DNA of 63,384 bases, counting the filler, from Reclinomonas americana ATCC 50394 (taxonomy: Eukaryota): the NCBI GenBank assembly GCA_048213135.1. It is 3 parts of 3 records of this genome, joined end to end, with 100 filler letters (N's around TTAATTAATTAA, not from the genome) between each part and the next. Parts side by side here need not be neighbours in the genome. Positions count along the whole stretch, not along the records: positions 1 to 27,835 come from PS015177.1; positions 27,936 to 56,468 come from PS015178.1; 1 more part is not named here. One strand, written 5' to 3'. Shown piece by piece: positions 24,601-37,415 of this stretch; position 1 is the stretch's first letter; each line of letters starts with the position of its first letter. The notes below the pieces were generated by a model. That model had not been told where the DNA came from. It saw only the letters and a list, made by a program, of their open reading frames with translations, and made no database searches. Made by a program: the position numbers and the translations under genes.

Positions 24601-26857
24601 AGAGCGCCAAGTTTGGCGGCCTCCACCGCCCGCTGAAACGCATCAGGAGACAGTTAGCTGGTACTACTATGCTTGTGTGTGTACGAGATGCACACACACC
24701 ATGAGCGAGCCGTGGCGCTTGCCGCGCACAACATTCAACAAGTCCATGGTGTCCGCAAGCTGGCGGTTGAGCTCCGCTTCCCGGACACTAATGTCGGGTG
24801 ACCTGTTTGACCGGGGCGGGGCGAGGAATGAGGAATAACACGATAGGCACTGGGGCGCATCACGTGAACGAGCTGACCTCCAGTGTCGTCGGTCAAACTC
24901 CAGCTTGCGCTTCTGACCCTCAATGGCAATGATGCGATCCTCCAGATACGGTTCCTGCTCGTCGAGGTTGCTCATGGCCAGACGCACGGCACGCAGTGTG
25001 TCCACCGTGTGCGTCACGCTGTTCATCACCTCTGTGTGTGCGACGACGCAAACAGTGAGCACGAGTGCTGTGCTGGAAAAACAGCAACAACCGCACCTTT
25101 GCGAATGAGCTTGATCTGCTGATGCATGTAGGTGACCATGGTGAGGGGCTCGGTGGAGCTGGCGCGATTGCGCGTCAGCTGCGTCAGTGCCTGCCACGTG
25201 AGCATGCACAGCTCGCCACCAATCACTCGTTCCTCATCCTCGCGCACAGTAACCTCCTTTAGAGCGGAGGCGCCGAGGTCGCGCAGCCGCGCAAATGTCA
25301 GGTCGTGCAAACCGCTGACACACTCGGGTGGATTCGGGTTGGGTGCCAGGCGATCCTCAATGGCACCACGCGCCTCGAGGACGTCGGCCCACGGGACGAG
25401 GCGCTCCTCGATAATCTGCATCAGCTTGGTCGAGTCTGCCAGCAGTACATCGGCCGCATCGCCAATCTTGCGGAACAGGTGATCGCGCTCGTGTTTCGCT
25501 GCCGCCGATACCATTCGTCAGTTCGTGGCAAAATTCCCCCTGCCCGCCCTCCCTCCCTCCCTCCTCCACGACCCCAACTCACCCTTGGCATCCAACAAGC
25601 CGGCTCGGATAAACTCTTGCGTCAGCAATTCGCGATGACGTCGCAATTCGGTAGTCATGTCCTCGAATCGCGCCTTGAACAGCGAGTACAGGAGCCGGTT
25701 CTCCTCGTCAACTAATCGCGACAGAGTAATGAGAAGATAGTGAGAGAGAGAAAGCGTGAGGGTGGGAACTGTGACGCACAGGAAATGTTGCGTGTGGTGA
25801 CCGTCAGTCGCACATATTCGACCAGCCACTCAAGCACCGGCATGATGAGATTGTCAAGGTTCCACTGGTCGTCGGTCGGGAGTGCCTCGCCGGGCGTCGG
25901 CAGCACATCTGTACAGCAGGAGGGGCGGTGAGGAGGAAACGATGAGTAGAGTCGAAGGAGGGGGGAACAGACCTTGCATGGTCATGGACTGCAGGCGCTC
26001 GAGTTCACCATCCGCCGGCAGCGCGGGCGGCGGCACCGGAGTCATGAGGGTGTCGGTCTTTGGCGTCTCGCGAATGGCGGTCGCACTCTTTCCACCTGCA
26101 GCGGCAGCAGCAGCGGCGTACACACAATACAGAGTCAAGGGGAACAGGAACTCGCATCACGGGGGGAAAAATCAATCAACGCGGCGAAACACAAGGATAT
26201 CAGTCGGCTGTCGACTCGTGCGTACAGCGTGGTGTTCGACTGCAAGCCGAGCTCCGTGTGCACGTCGACGTTGCGGGCGATCACATCGGAGCCATCTCGT
26301 GAGAGCGTCAGCACAATGTCTTCGGTGGCGACGCCGCTCATCTCCAATCCGACCCGGTAGTACAGCGTGTTGCTGTCGTTGGTGTGGAAGGTGACGACCT
26401 TGCACGAGCCGGCCGGCAGCGTACCATCGTCAATCTCCACTCGCACACGGAACATGCTAGCACGCACGAAAAGAAATGTCAGCGCCAGAGCGTGCGGGTG
26501 CGTGGCATATTGCGCGCAACTTCATGCCCGGCGCGGGAGACGGCGCCGGCGTGGCCAGTGGCGATCCGAGCGACGACCACGAGATGCGTGACGGCGAGCG
26601 CGAGTGCGTCGACGACGTAGGCGACTCGGCGTACGTCGACACGCTCGTGTTGGAGTCGCGGACACTCGGCCGACGACGGCGCGGTGGAGCTGGGAGATAG
26701 AAAACACATGAGGCATGACAGGCAAGAGTGAGAGACCGTGTGTGTGTGTGTGTGGCGACGAAACGAGTGCGCATGTTGGCCGCATCGCCGCCAGCCGCCG
26801 GGTCGATGATTTGCACCGACGGCGAGTGCGACGACACTGGCGGCGGCGGAGGCGGCG

Positions 26858-26895
<38 letters not shown>

Positions 26896-27506
26896 GCGGC
26901 CGCTGCTTCCGCCGCCAGCTGTGCCACCATTCTCGGCGGCGGTGCTACTCTCGGTGGCGACGAAGCCGCCGCTGCCGCCGCCGCCGCACGTGGCCCGTTG
27001 TGGCCACTCATCTGAATCGCGCTATCACTCTGATGGTGCGGCAGGCCAAGAATCGGCCACAGATCCGGGTGCGACAGGCGCCGTGGCATGATCGGCTCCT
27101 CGTCCTCACGAACCGGCGCTGGCGGCGCAGGCGGCAGCTCCGACCGCCGCTGCGAGTTGCGCCGCTGCCTCTGTGCAAGTTGAAGGAGAAATTGAGATGC
27201 GTCAATGCACACACGCACACACACAATGCGAAATGTCAACCGTGTGTGTGTGTGTGATAACGCAACAGCACGGATCTGCGCCCACGGTGTTGCACTGGAG
27301 GGTTCATGCGACAGCTCAAAGAGGCCATCGACCGGCACACTGTCAATGGAAGTGGGTTTTGTGTGACGCGGCGGGAGTTTTGGAGGCGGAGGCGTCTTGC
27401 CCACGGCCGCCACTGCTGCGCCACTGCCCAGCGCAGCCACAGCCGCCGCTGTCAGCGTCGAGGGAGGCGCACTGTGGCGGTGATGGTGCGGAGCCGCCGA
27501 CGCCAT
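21630..27506 (-). CDS. Multi-exon protein: Pro/Gln-rich N-terminus, ubiquitin-like domain, coiled coil, pseudokinase, HECT-like domain without catalytic Cys
   Basis: Kinase fold: FCLKAY, LDSELAML, IVHRAIKLTSIVF, ICNLE, YCSPE, ADMYAIG, RLTVHEALKHPVF. HECT fold: VTVSRRSLL...DLLKDWRVDFTGE, WFDEFL...LLRFVSGMPRLP, RLPTAMPAFRLLTIPGYSDKRTLVEKLLQAL. Confidence 0.8.
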
Positions 27507-27879
27507 TGCTTCTCTCTCTTCGTCGCAGTGTGTGTGTGGTTTGGCGATGATTGCGTGTGATGAAGGTGAAATTTGCACTTTTTTTCCGCTTTCCGACTCT
27601 CTTGCGCGGTGCGTTTACACAACAAGGCGCGTCGTGTTGTGAAGATCGTCATCAAAGTGACAAACCTTCCGTGTGCCGCGGTGGGCGCCTGATAAAGCAA
27701 ATTTGCTTTTGCTTTTTGTGTATCGTTCGCTGGCATTTGGAGACATTACAAAGGTGCGGGGGAATTCACTTAGCCATTGTGAGGCTTACAAGAGAGAGGG
27801 GGGATGATTTGCGTCGAGAGAGAGAGAGAGAAGGCNNNNNNNNNNNNNNNNNNNNNNNNNNNNNNNNNNNNNNNNNNNN

Positions 27880-27891
27880 TTAATTAATTAA
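27880..27891. other. Artificial six-frame-stop linker TTAATTAATTAA inside a 100-nt gap
   Basis: 12-mer flanked by 44 N on each side; identical structure at 56513-56524. Confidence 0.95.
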
Positions 27892-27960
27892 NNNNNNNNN
27901 NNNNNNNNNNNNNNNNNNNNNNNNNNNNNNNNNNNAACAAGCACGCACACACATGCACAG

Positions 27961-28461
27961 CAACCCGGCCGATCGCGATCACTGCATCCAGTACATGACG
28001 GCTGTGGGTCTCATTTTCGGTGAGCTGACCTCGGATCACTACGAGGAGGAGCTCGCCGCCGATCCACGCATCGACGCTCTGCGCGAGAAGATGGTGGTGG
28101 AGGAGGACGTTGCGTTTTTCTGCGCCTTGATGTGCGCGCATGCGTGCAGATGGAAATGCTGACACTCGTGCAGACCCGCTACTCGGTGGACTACCTGGAC
28201 GCGGACAAGCGCAGCATTGCGAACGCTGTGCAGGTGACCTTTGCCGACGGCAGCACCACCAACAAGGTGGAGGTGGAGTACCCGATTGGTCACAAGCGCC
28301 GTCGCTCCGAAGGCTTTGCGGCGGTGGAGTCCAAGCTGGCGCGCAACTTGGGTCTGGCGTTCGACGCGGAGCGCACGCAGGAGATGATGCGCCTGTTCCT
28401 GGACGGCGAAGAGTTCGAGCAGCTGAGCGTGGTCAAGTTCATGGACATGCTCAAGAAGTGA
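27961..28461 (+). CDS. prpD: 2-methylcitrate dehydratase (MmgE/PrpD family), last two exons only
   Basis: [49 protein letters not shown]; the 5' part is lost in the gap. Confidence 0.93.
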
Positions 28462-28600
28462 GCGGGTGTGAAGGAGAGTCGGAGGAGACTGACGTGGGAG
28501 AGTAGACAGCGAACCCGCGTGCGCGCGCAATTTATGATGAAACCCAATCGAAAGCAGAACAAGTGGGCAGCCGTGACACATTAAGAACCTCAGTTTTCAA

Positions 28601-31600
28601 CTACCGCCGCTTGCCGCGGCCACCGCCACCTCGTTTGTTGCCACCGCGACCACCTCGTCCTGGCTGGTCGCCACCGTCAAACACGGCACTCACGCTGCTG
28701 CTGCCACCGGTTTCCTGCACGCGACATGTCACGGACTGGTAACATGCCACAAACACATGCATGAAAAAGACACACCTGAGACATGTCACTCCAGCCACCA
28801 CCTCGTACACCTCGTCGACGATTGTCGGCTGTGAAAAGTTGCTCAGCACAACAGATTCCTTCACAAAGACCCCCAAACGCGAGTGAGACTCACATCGTCC
28901 ACCACCACCGCCGCCNNNNNNNNNNNNNNNNNNNNNNNNNNNNNNNNNNNNNNNNNNNNNNNNNNNNNNNNNNNNNNNNNNNNNNNNNNNNNNNNNNNNN
29001 NNNNNNNNNNNNNNNNNNNNNNNNNNNNNNNNNNNNNNNNNNNNNNNNNNNNNNNNNNNNNNNNNNNNNNNNNNNNNNNNNNNNNNNNNNNNNNNNNNNN
29101 NNNNNNNNNNNNNNNNNNNNNNNNNNNNNNNNNNNNNNNNNNNNNNNNNNNNNNNNNNNNNNNNNNNNNNNNNNNNNNNNNNNNNNNNNNNNNNNNNNNN
29201 NNNNNNNNNNNNNNNNNNNNNNNNNNNNNNNNNNNNNNNNNNNNNNNNNNNNNNNNNNNNNNNNNNNNNNNNNNNNNNNNNNNNNNNNNNNNNNNNNNNN
29301 NNNNNNNNNNNNNNNNNNNNNNNNNNNNNNNNNNNNNNNNNNNNNNNNNNNNNNNNNNNNNNNNNNNNNNNNNNNNNNNNNNNNNNNNNNNNNNNNNNNN
29401 NNNNNNNNNNNNNNNNNNNNNNNNNNNNNNNNNNNNNNNNNNNNNNNNNNNNNNNNNNNNNNNNNNNNNNNNNNNNNNNNNNNNNNNNNNNNNNNNNNNN
29501 NNNNNNNNNNNNNNNNNNNNNNNNNNNNNNNNNNNNNNNNNNNNNNNNNNNNNNNNNNNNNNNNNNNNNNNNNNNNNNNNNNNNNNNNNNNNNNNNNNNN
29601 NNNNNNNNNNNNNNNNNNNNNNNNNNNNNNNNNNNNNNNNNNNNNNNNNNNNNNNNNNNNNNNNNNNNNNNNNNNNNNNNNNNNNNNNNNNNNNNNNNNN
29701 NNNNNNNNNNNNNNNNNNNNNNNNNNNNNNNNNNNNNNNNNNNNNNNNNNNNNNNNNNNNNNNNNNNNNNNNNNNNNNNNNNNNNNNNNNNNNNNNNNNN
29801 NNNNNNNNNNNNNNNNNNNNNNNNNNNNNNNNNNNNNNNNNNNNNNNNNNNNNNNNNNNNNNNNNNNNNNNCTCAACAGCGAGAACAATTCGTACAGATC
29901 AATGTGCACGTCTAGCGGCTGCCGATCACGCTTCTCCTCGGTCTGTGTCTTGACTTCGCGGGCCTTTGGCGATTCGAAGAGCGACTGCATGAGCACGCCA
30001 ACACGCGTGAGCAGCATCTGACGTCGCATCGAGTAGTCCTTGCTGTAGGCCTCGTTGATGCTGTTCAACATGCTCTGCTCACCAACATCGATTGTTAGAA
30101 AGGGAGAGAAAAGGAGAGGAGGATGTAAAGGTCTCACCAGCTGCCTCGCATCGAATGCACTCTGCTCCAGCATTGGTCGGCGCCACACTCTGCTTCCCGC
30201 AGCCGGTGCAGCAGCTGACACGGTCGTGTTTGCTGGTCCGACACGTGATGCCTGTGATGATGGGAGCAGGTGAGAACAGAGGGGGAAGAGAGAAGAGAGA
30301 GAGAGAAGAAAGGAACAACTGTGGAGCAGCAGGCTGCTTCTTTTCTGCTCCCCTCAATCATGGCAGAGGAACAGAGAGACAGCACACAAGCGCAGAAGAG
30401 GATATGTGCTCACTCAGCAGACAACTTTCTCTTCAGCTNNNNNNNNNNNNNNNNNNNNNNNNNNNNNNNNNNNNNNNNNNNNNNNNNNNNNNNNNNNNNN
30501 NNNNNNNNNNNNNNNNNNNNNNNNNNNNNNNNNNNNNNNNNNNNNNNNNNNNNNNNNNNNNNNNNNNNNNNNNNNNNNNNNNNNNNNNNNNNNNNNNNNN
30601 NNNNNNNNNNNNNNNNNNNNNNNNNNNNNNNNNNNNNNNNNNNNNNNNNNNNNNNNNNNNNNNNNNNNNNNNNNNNNNNNNNNNNNNNNNNNNNNNNNNN
30701 NNNNNNNNNNNNNNNNNNNNNNNNNNNNNNNNNNNNNNNNNNNNNNNNNNNNNNNNNNNNNNNNNNNNNNNNNNNNNNNNNNNNNNNNNNNNNNNNNNNN
30801 NNNNNNNNNNNNNNNNNNNNNNNNNNNNNNNNNNNNNNNNNNNNNNNNNNNNNNNNNNNNNNNNNNNNNNNNNNNNNNNNNNNNNNNNNNNNNNNNNNNN
30901 NNNNNNNNNNNNNNNNNNNNNNNNNNNNNNNNNNNNNNNNNNNNNNNNNNNNNNNNNNNNNNNNNNNNNNNNNNNNNNNNNNNNNNNNNNNNNNNNNNNN
31001 NNNNNNNNNNNNNNNNNNNNNNNNNNNNNNNNNNNNNNNNNNNNNNNNNNNNNNNNNNNNNNNNNNNNNNNNNNNNNNNNNNNNNNNNNNNNNNNNNNNN
31101 NNNNNNNNNNNNNNNNNNNNNNNNNNNNNNNNNNNNNNNNNNNNNNNNNNNNNNNNNNNNNNNNNNNNNNNNNNNNNNNNNNNNNNNNNNNNNNNNNNNN
31201 NNNNNNNNNNNNNNNNNNNNNNNNNNNNNNNNNNNNNNNNNNNNNNNNNNNNNNNNNNNNNNNNNNNNNNNNNNNNNNNNNNNNNNNNNNNNNNNNNNNN
31301 NNNNNNNNNNNNNNNNNNNNNNNNNNNNNNNNNNNNNNNNNNNNNNNNNNNNNNNNNNNNNNNNNNNNNNNNNNNNNNNNNNNCTCCTCACTCAGAAAAA
31401 AAGAAGAATACACAAGCCATGCTGTGTGAGACAACCTGCAAGCAACGAGGATCACCTTTTGCAGAGCACCAACAACGATAGCCGACGGCGACGCAGCCGC
31501 CGCGCCCTCCAAGCCGAACGACATGCGCAATCGCTGAATGCACAACGACATCTCCTTCTCCGCCTCATCGCCACTCCCCACAGACGACGACGATGACGAC

Positions 31601-32271
31601 TGGCCACCACTCGCAGCGGGCGCTGCCGCAGTCTTCGCAGTCACAGCAGGAGCAGCAGCAGTGGTGGTCGTCTTTGTCGCCACATCCGATCCCGTCGCCG
31701 CCTGCATCATCTGCAGCACCTGCATCTCTGTCGCCAGCCAGTCCAGCAACAACAGGCGCATTTCACTCTCCGGCAGCTCCTCGCTCTCAAACAGCTCCGA
31801 GTACGGGAAGTCTGCATGCAAGCAGTCAGTACGTGGAGTCTGACAACAGCAATGAGAGGGGGGACACTCACTCACCTTCCCGCGATGCAGCATAATCAAA
31901 TGCACTGAGCGATGCAACCGATCGATCAGAGTTGCCGCGCTCCAGCATGGCAACAATGGTAGATGTCTGTCAAAAAGAGAGACAGTGAGAGAGCAGAAAG
32001 TGAGAGAGGCCGAATATACACCCTTGTTATGCTTTTTTGTCACACACCATTCGCTCGTACTCGCGTGCGTCGCCGTCGGTGGCATCGACAATGCTCTGCA
32101 GTTGCTCGACTTTGGTGGATTCGGCGCACAGCCTGTTGTGTAGTGTGTGAGTGAGAAAGTGAGTGAGAAATGGCGCGCCATGTGATTCGAGTGTTGTGCG
32201 AGTGGTGATGGCACAAGTGCGTACCGCAGGTCCACCAGTGCCTCTAGAACGTCCTCAACGAGCGTTTCCAT
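28601..32271 (-). CDS. FAM98: FAM98-family protein, interrupted by gaps
   Basis: RLLLLDWLATEMQ; LNSINEAYSKDYSMRRQMLLTRVGVLMQS; RG-rich tail GRGGRGGNKRGGGGRGKRR*. Confidence 0.75.
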
Positions 32272-32777
32272 GGCGACAACTCGTACACACTACACTCAGA
32301 TATCGTGTGTCCTGTGATATAGAATGCATATTGTGGGCGATGGCAATCGAATCTGCTGACGTGGGCATGGCGGGGCACAAGTGTGCGAGATGTGAGTGCT
32401 GTGCTTGCCTGCATGTCGCGGCGAGGAGCACTCGCACTGTCGACGTCGAAACGTCGAAATGTCGGAAGAACTCTTCTCGCTCGCCTGTTGCCCGCGCTCT
32501 TGCACGCCACCGCGCACTTGTGTGGAGAGCAGTCACACCAACAATGGCGACGCTGAGGAGGCTCACTACACGCATGCGTCGGATGGGTGGACCGCGAAGT
32601 TCCGCCAACGCGCCAAAGAAATGCAACGCGCGTGCTGATAGCAACGCGCCGCTCAGTAGCAACACGGAGCAGCACTCTCCAGATACACAGCTGCTCCTCT
32701 GCACTGGGCATCACACAACGCATTGACGTTGCAGGACAGTTTTGCACGTCAATCCATCCCCAAACGCACAAGCAACA

Positions 32778-35700
32778 ATGGCATCGGCCTCCGCAGCACC
32801 AGCAGATGCCAACAAGAACTTCACCATTACGGGTGTGTTCTCTCTCCTCCCATTCTCTCCCTTGCTGCTGTTTGTGAGCGGCAATTTCCACCCACGCAGC
32901 ACACACGCACACTCGCACGCTGTTTCCTCCCCGCTGCACTCTTCCTCCACTCTTCCTTCATGTCTGTGCACATGTGTCATGTCGCCGACTGTCATGCAGC
33001 AGTTTCCGCGCTCACGAGAGCTGACATGTCGCGTTCTTTATGTGCGTGCGTGTGAAACAGAACTGGCGCCTGGCATTCGCCTGAAGCGCATCAAGAACGA
33101 GAAGGTGTGTACTCACACATTCACACATGCGCGTGTGTGTCACTGACGAGTGTGTGTGTGTGTGTGTTGTCGCAGCCGGAGGTCACCTTCAGCTTCGAGG
33201 TATGCGGAGGGCCTTCCCCGCACACACATGCACGATTCCTCCGCTCACTCATGTGTGTGTTATGCAGCTTGATAACGCTGTGATGCGTCTGCTGGAGGTT
33301 CATATCTCTCTCTCTCTCCGCTCCTGTCTCTTCTTGTGTGTGTGTGTGTGTGACGTGTAACTGATGCATGCACAGTTCGAGTATGACTTCACCGGATCCA
33401 ACAACGTCAAGGTGGACGGCGCCAGCGCACCGAATGGAATGGTCGTCACTGCGCGCATGAAGCCGTTTGAGCGCCGCACTATCTGGTGAGTTACCAGGCG
33501 GAGGGGCAAGGGAGGAAAACGGCGTGTGACTCACTCCTGCGCTCTCTGCGTGTGCAGCACTGTGCGCGCCAAGGATCCGCGTGCAGGCTGGGGACTGCGC
33601 TCGAAGGTGTTTCTGCTCGTGTCATGATGTGCTGGGAGTGAGTGGATGGTGACTCACTCGTCATGTCTCTGTTTCACTCGCGTGCAGTGGAAGTACACGC
33701 TGGCTGGTTCGTCACTGCTGTGCTCTCTTGCTTGGTGCTGAATCCACGTTCTCACCTCTTTCTCTCTTCCTCTTTCCTCTCTTTGTGCAGACCCGCCGCG
33801 CGCTGAGGTATGTCCAATATTCCTTCACTCTGCTGCGCCATGACGCTGTTAACTGACCAACTCCTTGCCATGTCACAGATGGACGATTTTTACGATGCGG
33901 TTTGTCGTGTCGGTCAATGGCTGGATGCCATCTCCCCCTTGTTCACCCGCGATTGTGCAGGAAACCCGTCGCTTGGTGGCCGCCGCCGAGACGGTAAACC
34001 GCCTTGTCGTGCATTCACCCGTGAGCGTCCGATGTCTGAATATATGCTTGATTCGCTTCCAGGCGCTCGCCGCTCTCGACATGTGCCCCTCGGATGTGGC
34101 ACCCATCGAGGACATCAAGGCCATTTGTGCACGCAACAACACGGTGAGTCACGACTCCTTGTCCTCTGTTGTTTGTGTGCCTGACGCCTGTGTGACCGCA
34201 GCACTTCATGGATCTCGATTTCACGCCCGGCGATCGCATTCTGTACGCCGATCCCGACAAGTACGCACAAATCAACCTGAGTCAATGCTTCTTCTCTGGT
34301 GTACTCAACTCATTCGTGTACAGGCAAGATTCGGAGCGCGTCGTGCAGTGGCGTCGGTGTGTTGCTGGTTGTCTTCAATCCGCCCTAATGTGTATCTCTC
34401 ATGCGGTTTGCTTCTGTTTGTGTGCGTCTGCAGCCCGGAGGAGTTCTGCGAGGTGTGTTATGTCTCTTTTGAGGTCGTGAGGCACAGATCACAGCGGCTG
34501 ACTATGTGAGTGCGGCATTGAAGGTGGATGCGTCCAAGGGTCTGACCGCGCCGGAGATTTTCGTCGGAGCCATTGAGCCGGCCGATATTCGACAGGGTGC
34601 TCTGGGCGACTGGTGAGAATCCGTTGTGTCTCTCTGGAGCAGGTATTGGTGTATTGTGGACTGACCATGAGTGTGCAGCTGGTTCATGTGCTCGCTGTCG
34701 TCTCTGGTACGAATAACGTTTCTCTCTTCCGTTTCCGTCTTGTGACAATCTCCGCTGACACTGTTCTCTGCACAGGCCGAGCGTCCGCAGCTCGTGCAGC
34801 GCCTGTTCCTCACCACCTCCCACGACGGCTCGGGCATTTACCGGTGCGTGAAGATGTGCAGACTTGCCTGTTTTGCCTTCCGTAACTCACTCCGCTTATC
34901 ATGGTGACAGTATCCGCATCTGCAAGAATGGCGAGTGGCGCCGCGTCACTGTCGACGGTACGTTTTCTCGTCTCTTTGCTCCATTGCAGTGCATTCCCAC
35001 TCACTGCAACCTCGCCGCAGACTACTTCCCCTGCTTCCCCGGTTCGCCAACTGGGTGTGGAGAGATGCGATGTCGTTCACACCGTTCGCTCATGTTGTGC
35101 TCTCGCAGGCTCTGGTCCGCTGTTCTCGCGCGGCAACGGCAACGAGTTGTGGGTGCTGATCCTGGAAAAGGTACACACAATGTCGTGTGCAGACCGTGTC
35201 TTGTGTCGCGCACACTGCTGACTGCCTGGTGGTTGCAGGCGTACGCCAAGCTGCACGGCAACTACGACACCCTGCGTGGTGGCTGGGCTCACGAGGGTGC
35301 GCTCCTTCTCCTGCGTATGTCTCTGCCCTGCTCAGCGCGTCACTGACTGGAGCATTGCAGGCATGTTGGATCTGACTGGCTGCCCCGGCCGCAAGTACAC
35401 CTTTGCGGACGAGCCGACCAAGACCATGGTCGCCAATGGCCAGTTGTTCGATCTGCTCGAGCAGAACGACGAGGCCGGTTTCCTGATGTCTGCTTCGACT
35501 CCAGGTCCTGCATTCGATCTTGTTACTCTCCCTACTATCTGTGTTTTGTCTCACGCATACATGCAACCACAGGTGAGGATCGATGGACTGAGGTCGGTGG
35601 TCCGTCTGGCGAGGACAAGATCGGTCTGGTGCCTGGCCACGCCTACACGTTGCTCGCGGTGAAGAAGTACAACGGCGGCAAGTATCGCGATCTGCGCCTG

Positions 35701-37415
35701 GTGCAGCTGCGCAACCCGTGGGGCAAGTTCGAGTGGAAGGGCGACTGGAGTGACACGAGTCCGCTGTGGACCGACGAGATCAAGCGAGCGCTCGATGTGA
35801 GGGTCGACGCCGACGATGGCACTTTCTGGATGAGCTGGTCGGATTTCACGAAGCACTTTGTGTCGCTCAACGTGTGCTGGTGAGCGTGGTTGTGAGTGCG
35901 TGGAGGATTCTGTGCTCGGGCGCCACTGAACGCAAAACTGCGCACAGCGTCGCTGGCTGGTACGAGAAGCGCCACAAGGCCCGCTTTGTGCGCGGCAGCA
36001 AGACCGTGTACTCGGACGCCGCCTTCGACCTGACGGTGACGGAGCCGACGCACGTGTTCCTGACGGTGCATCAGGAGGACCAGCGCGTCCACGGTGCCAT
36101 CAAGTGCCGTCCGTACCTCGACATGGGTGTGGTGGTGCTGAAGGCTGTGGCCGGTGGCTACGAGATTGTCGACGAGAAGCTGCCCGACCTGGACCGCCAG
36201 ACGGAGCTCGAAGTTGACCTGCCGCCGGGCCAGTACATTGTGTACCCGAGGTGCGGTGGCGTTGTGTTTGCACTGTGTTGTTGTTGTTGTATGGCAGCTA
36301 AAAATTCTCCTGCTTTTTTGATGTTTCGCAGAACCACGGGCTGCCGCATGTTTCGTCACGTCCTGATGCACGACGACTGTTGTGTGTAGTGTGCTCACTC
36401 TTTCGTGTGTACAGGGAGCTGGCTGCCGATGAGGCGCGGGCTCGTGAGCGCATCACCATTGCTCTCAACGAGGACAATGACTTCTCGCACGAAGTCACCT
36501 TTACCATTTATGTGCGTCCATGGCATCAATGACTCTCAGTCAGTGACTCTGCTGATTCATGTGTTTCTGGTCGCGATGTAGGACATTTTCCGCAAGTACG
36601 ACATTACCATGGACGAGCTGCTTTCGTTCGAGGAGTTTGCCGTGTTCATTCGCGAGTCGTCACCCGACAACCACGAGCTGACGAAGGCCGAGTGGGACAC
36701 TTATACACGCGACTTCAACTCGACGCCGCAGGGTCTGTCGGCACGCGGTCTGCTCATGTACTTCAAGGACTTGTTGCGCAAGAAGGGCGAGGTAGCGTCA
36801 CCGTCGACCGAGTCCTCACCTGTGAATGTGTGACGAGGTTTTTCTCATACGGTGGTGGTGGTGGTGGTGGTACAGGCTGCGGTGTGGCGCGTGCTCAACA
36901 AGCTGGGCTACGACAGCTCACTGTTCTCAGCAGCCTCGCGCTGCTACGTGCTGGCCCTGCACGCGGACAAGAAGATTCGTCTGAAGCGCTCGGATCCGGT
37001 GCCCGCCGCTCAGCAGGAGGAGTTCGACCGCGAGGTGTCGGCTCTCAGCGTGCTGCGCAACGGCCACGCTTCGGACCCCGATGCCGAGGTGGTTGTGTAC
37101 TCGTCCTACTCGACGTTGCGTCGTCACCAACAGTCTATTCGTAGTGATGTTAAAAAGAGTCCGCTCATTTTTCCTCTTCCTCGCCGCAGTGACGCACACT
37201 GCTACAGCTACGTGCTGGAGAACCGCGGTCTGGACTTTGACATTGAGGCGACGCTCGACAGCTCCTCCGTGCAGTCGATGCACGCCCTCGGTGGTTCGTT
37301 CGTGTCCACCCTCGTGGTGCCGCAGGGACAGGCTGTGTTCTTCCACCACATTCAGGCCACCCGCACCGCCCGCGCCTACTCGAGCTCGTGGTCAATGAGC
37401 TGGACAAGCACGTAA
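32778..37415 (+). CDS. Calpain (CysPc protease, domain III, EF-hand, terminal beta-rich modules); 29 exons by hand splicing
   Basis: Complete triad IRQGALGDCWF / GHAY / LRNPWG; ELWVLILEKAYAKLHGNY; DDGTFWMSWSDF; EF-hand-like KYDITMDELLSFEEF. Confidence 0.93.

Noticed and set aside
27880-27891. TTAATTAATTAA as a biological motif such as a piggyBac TTAA site
   Set aside because: Centred in a fixed 100-nt gap and repeated identically at 56513, so it is an assembly linker.
27961-28461. prpD as bacterial contamination or recent horizontal transfer
   Set aside because: It has a spliceosomal intron with the host-type GTTGCG donor, and PrpD is widespread in eukaryotes.
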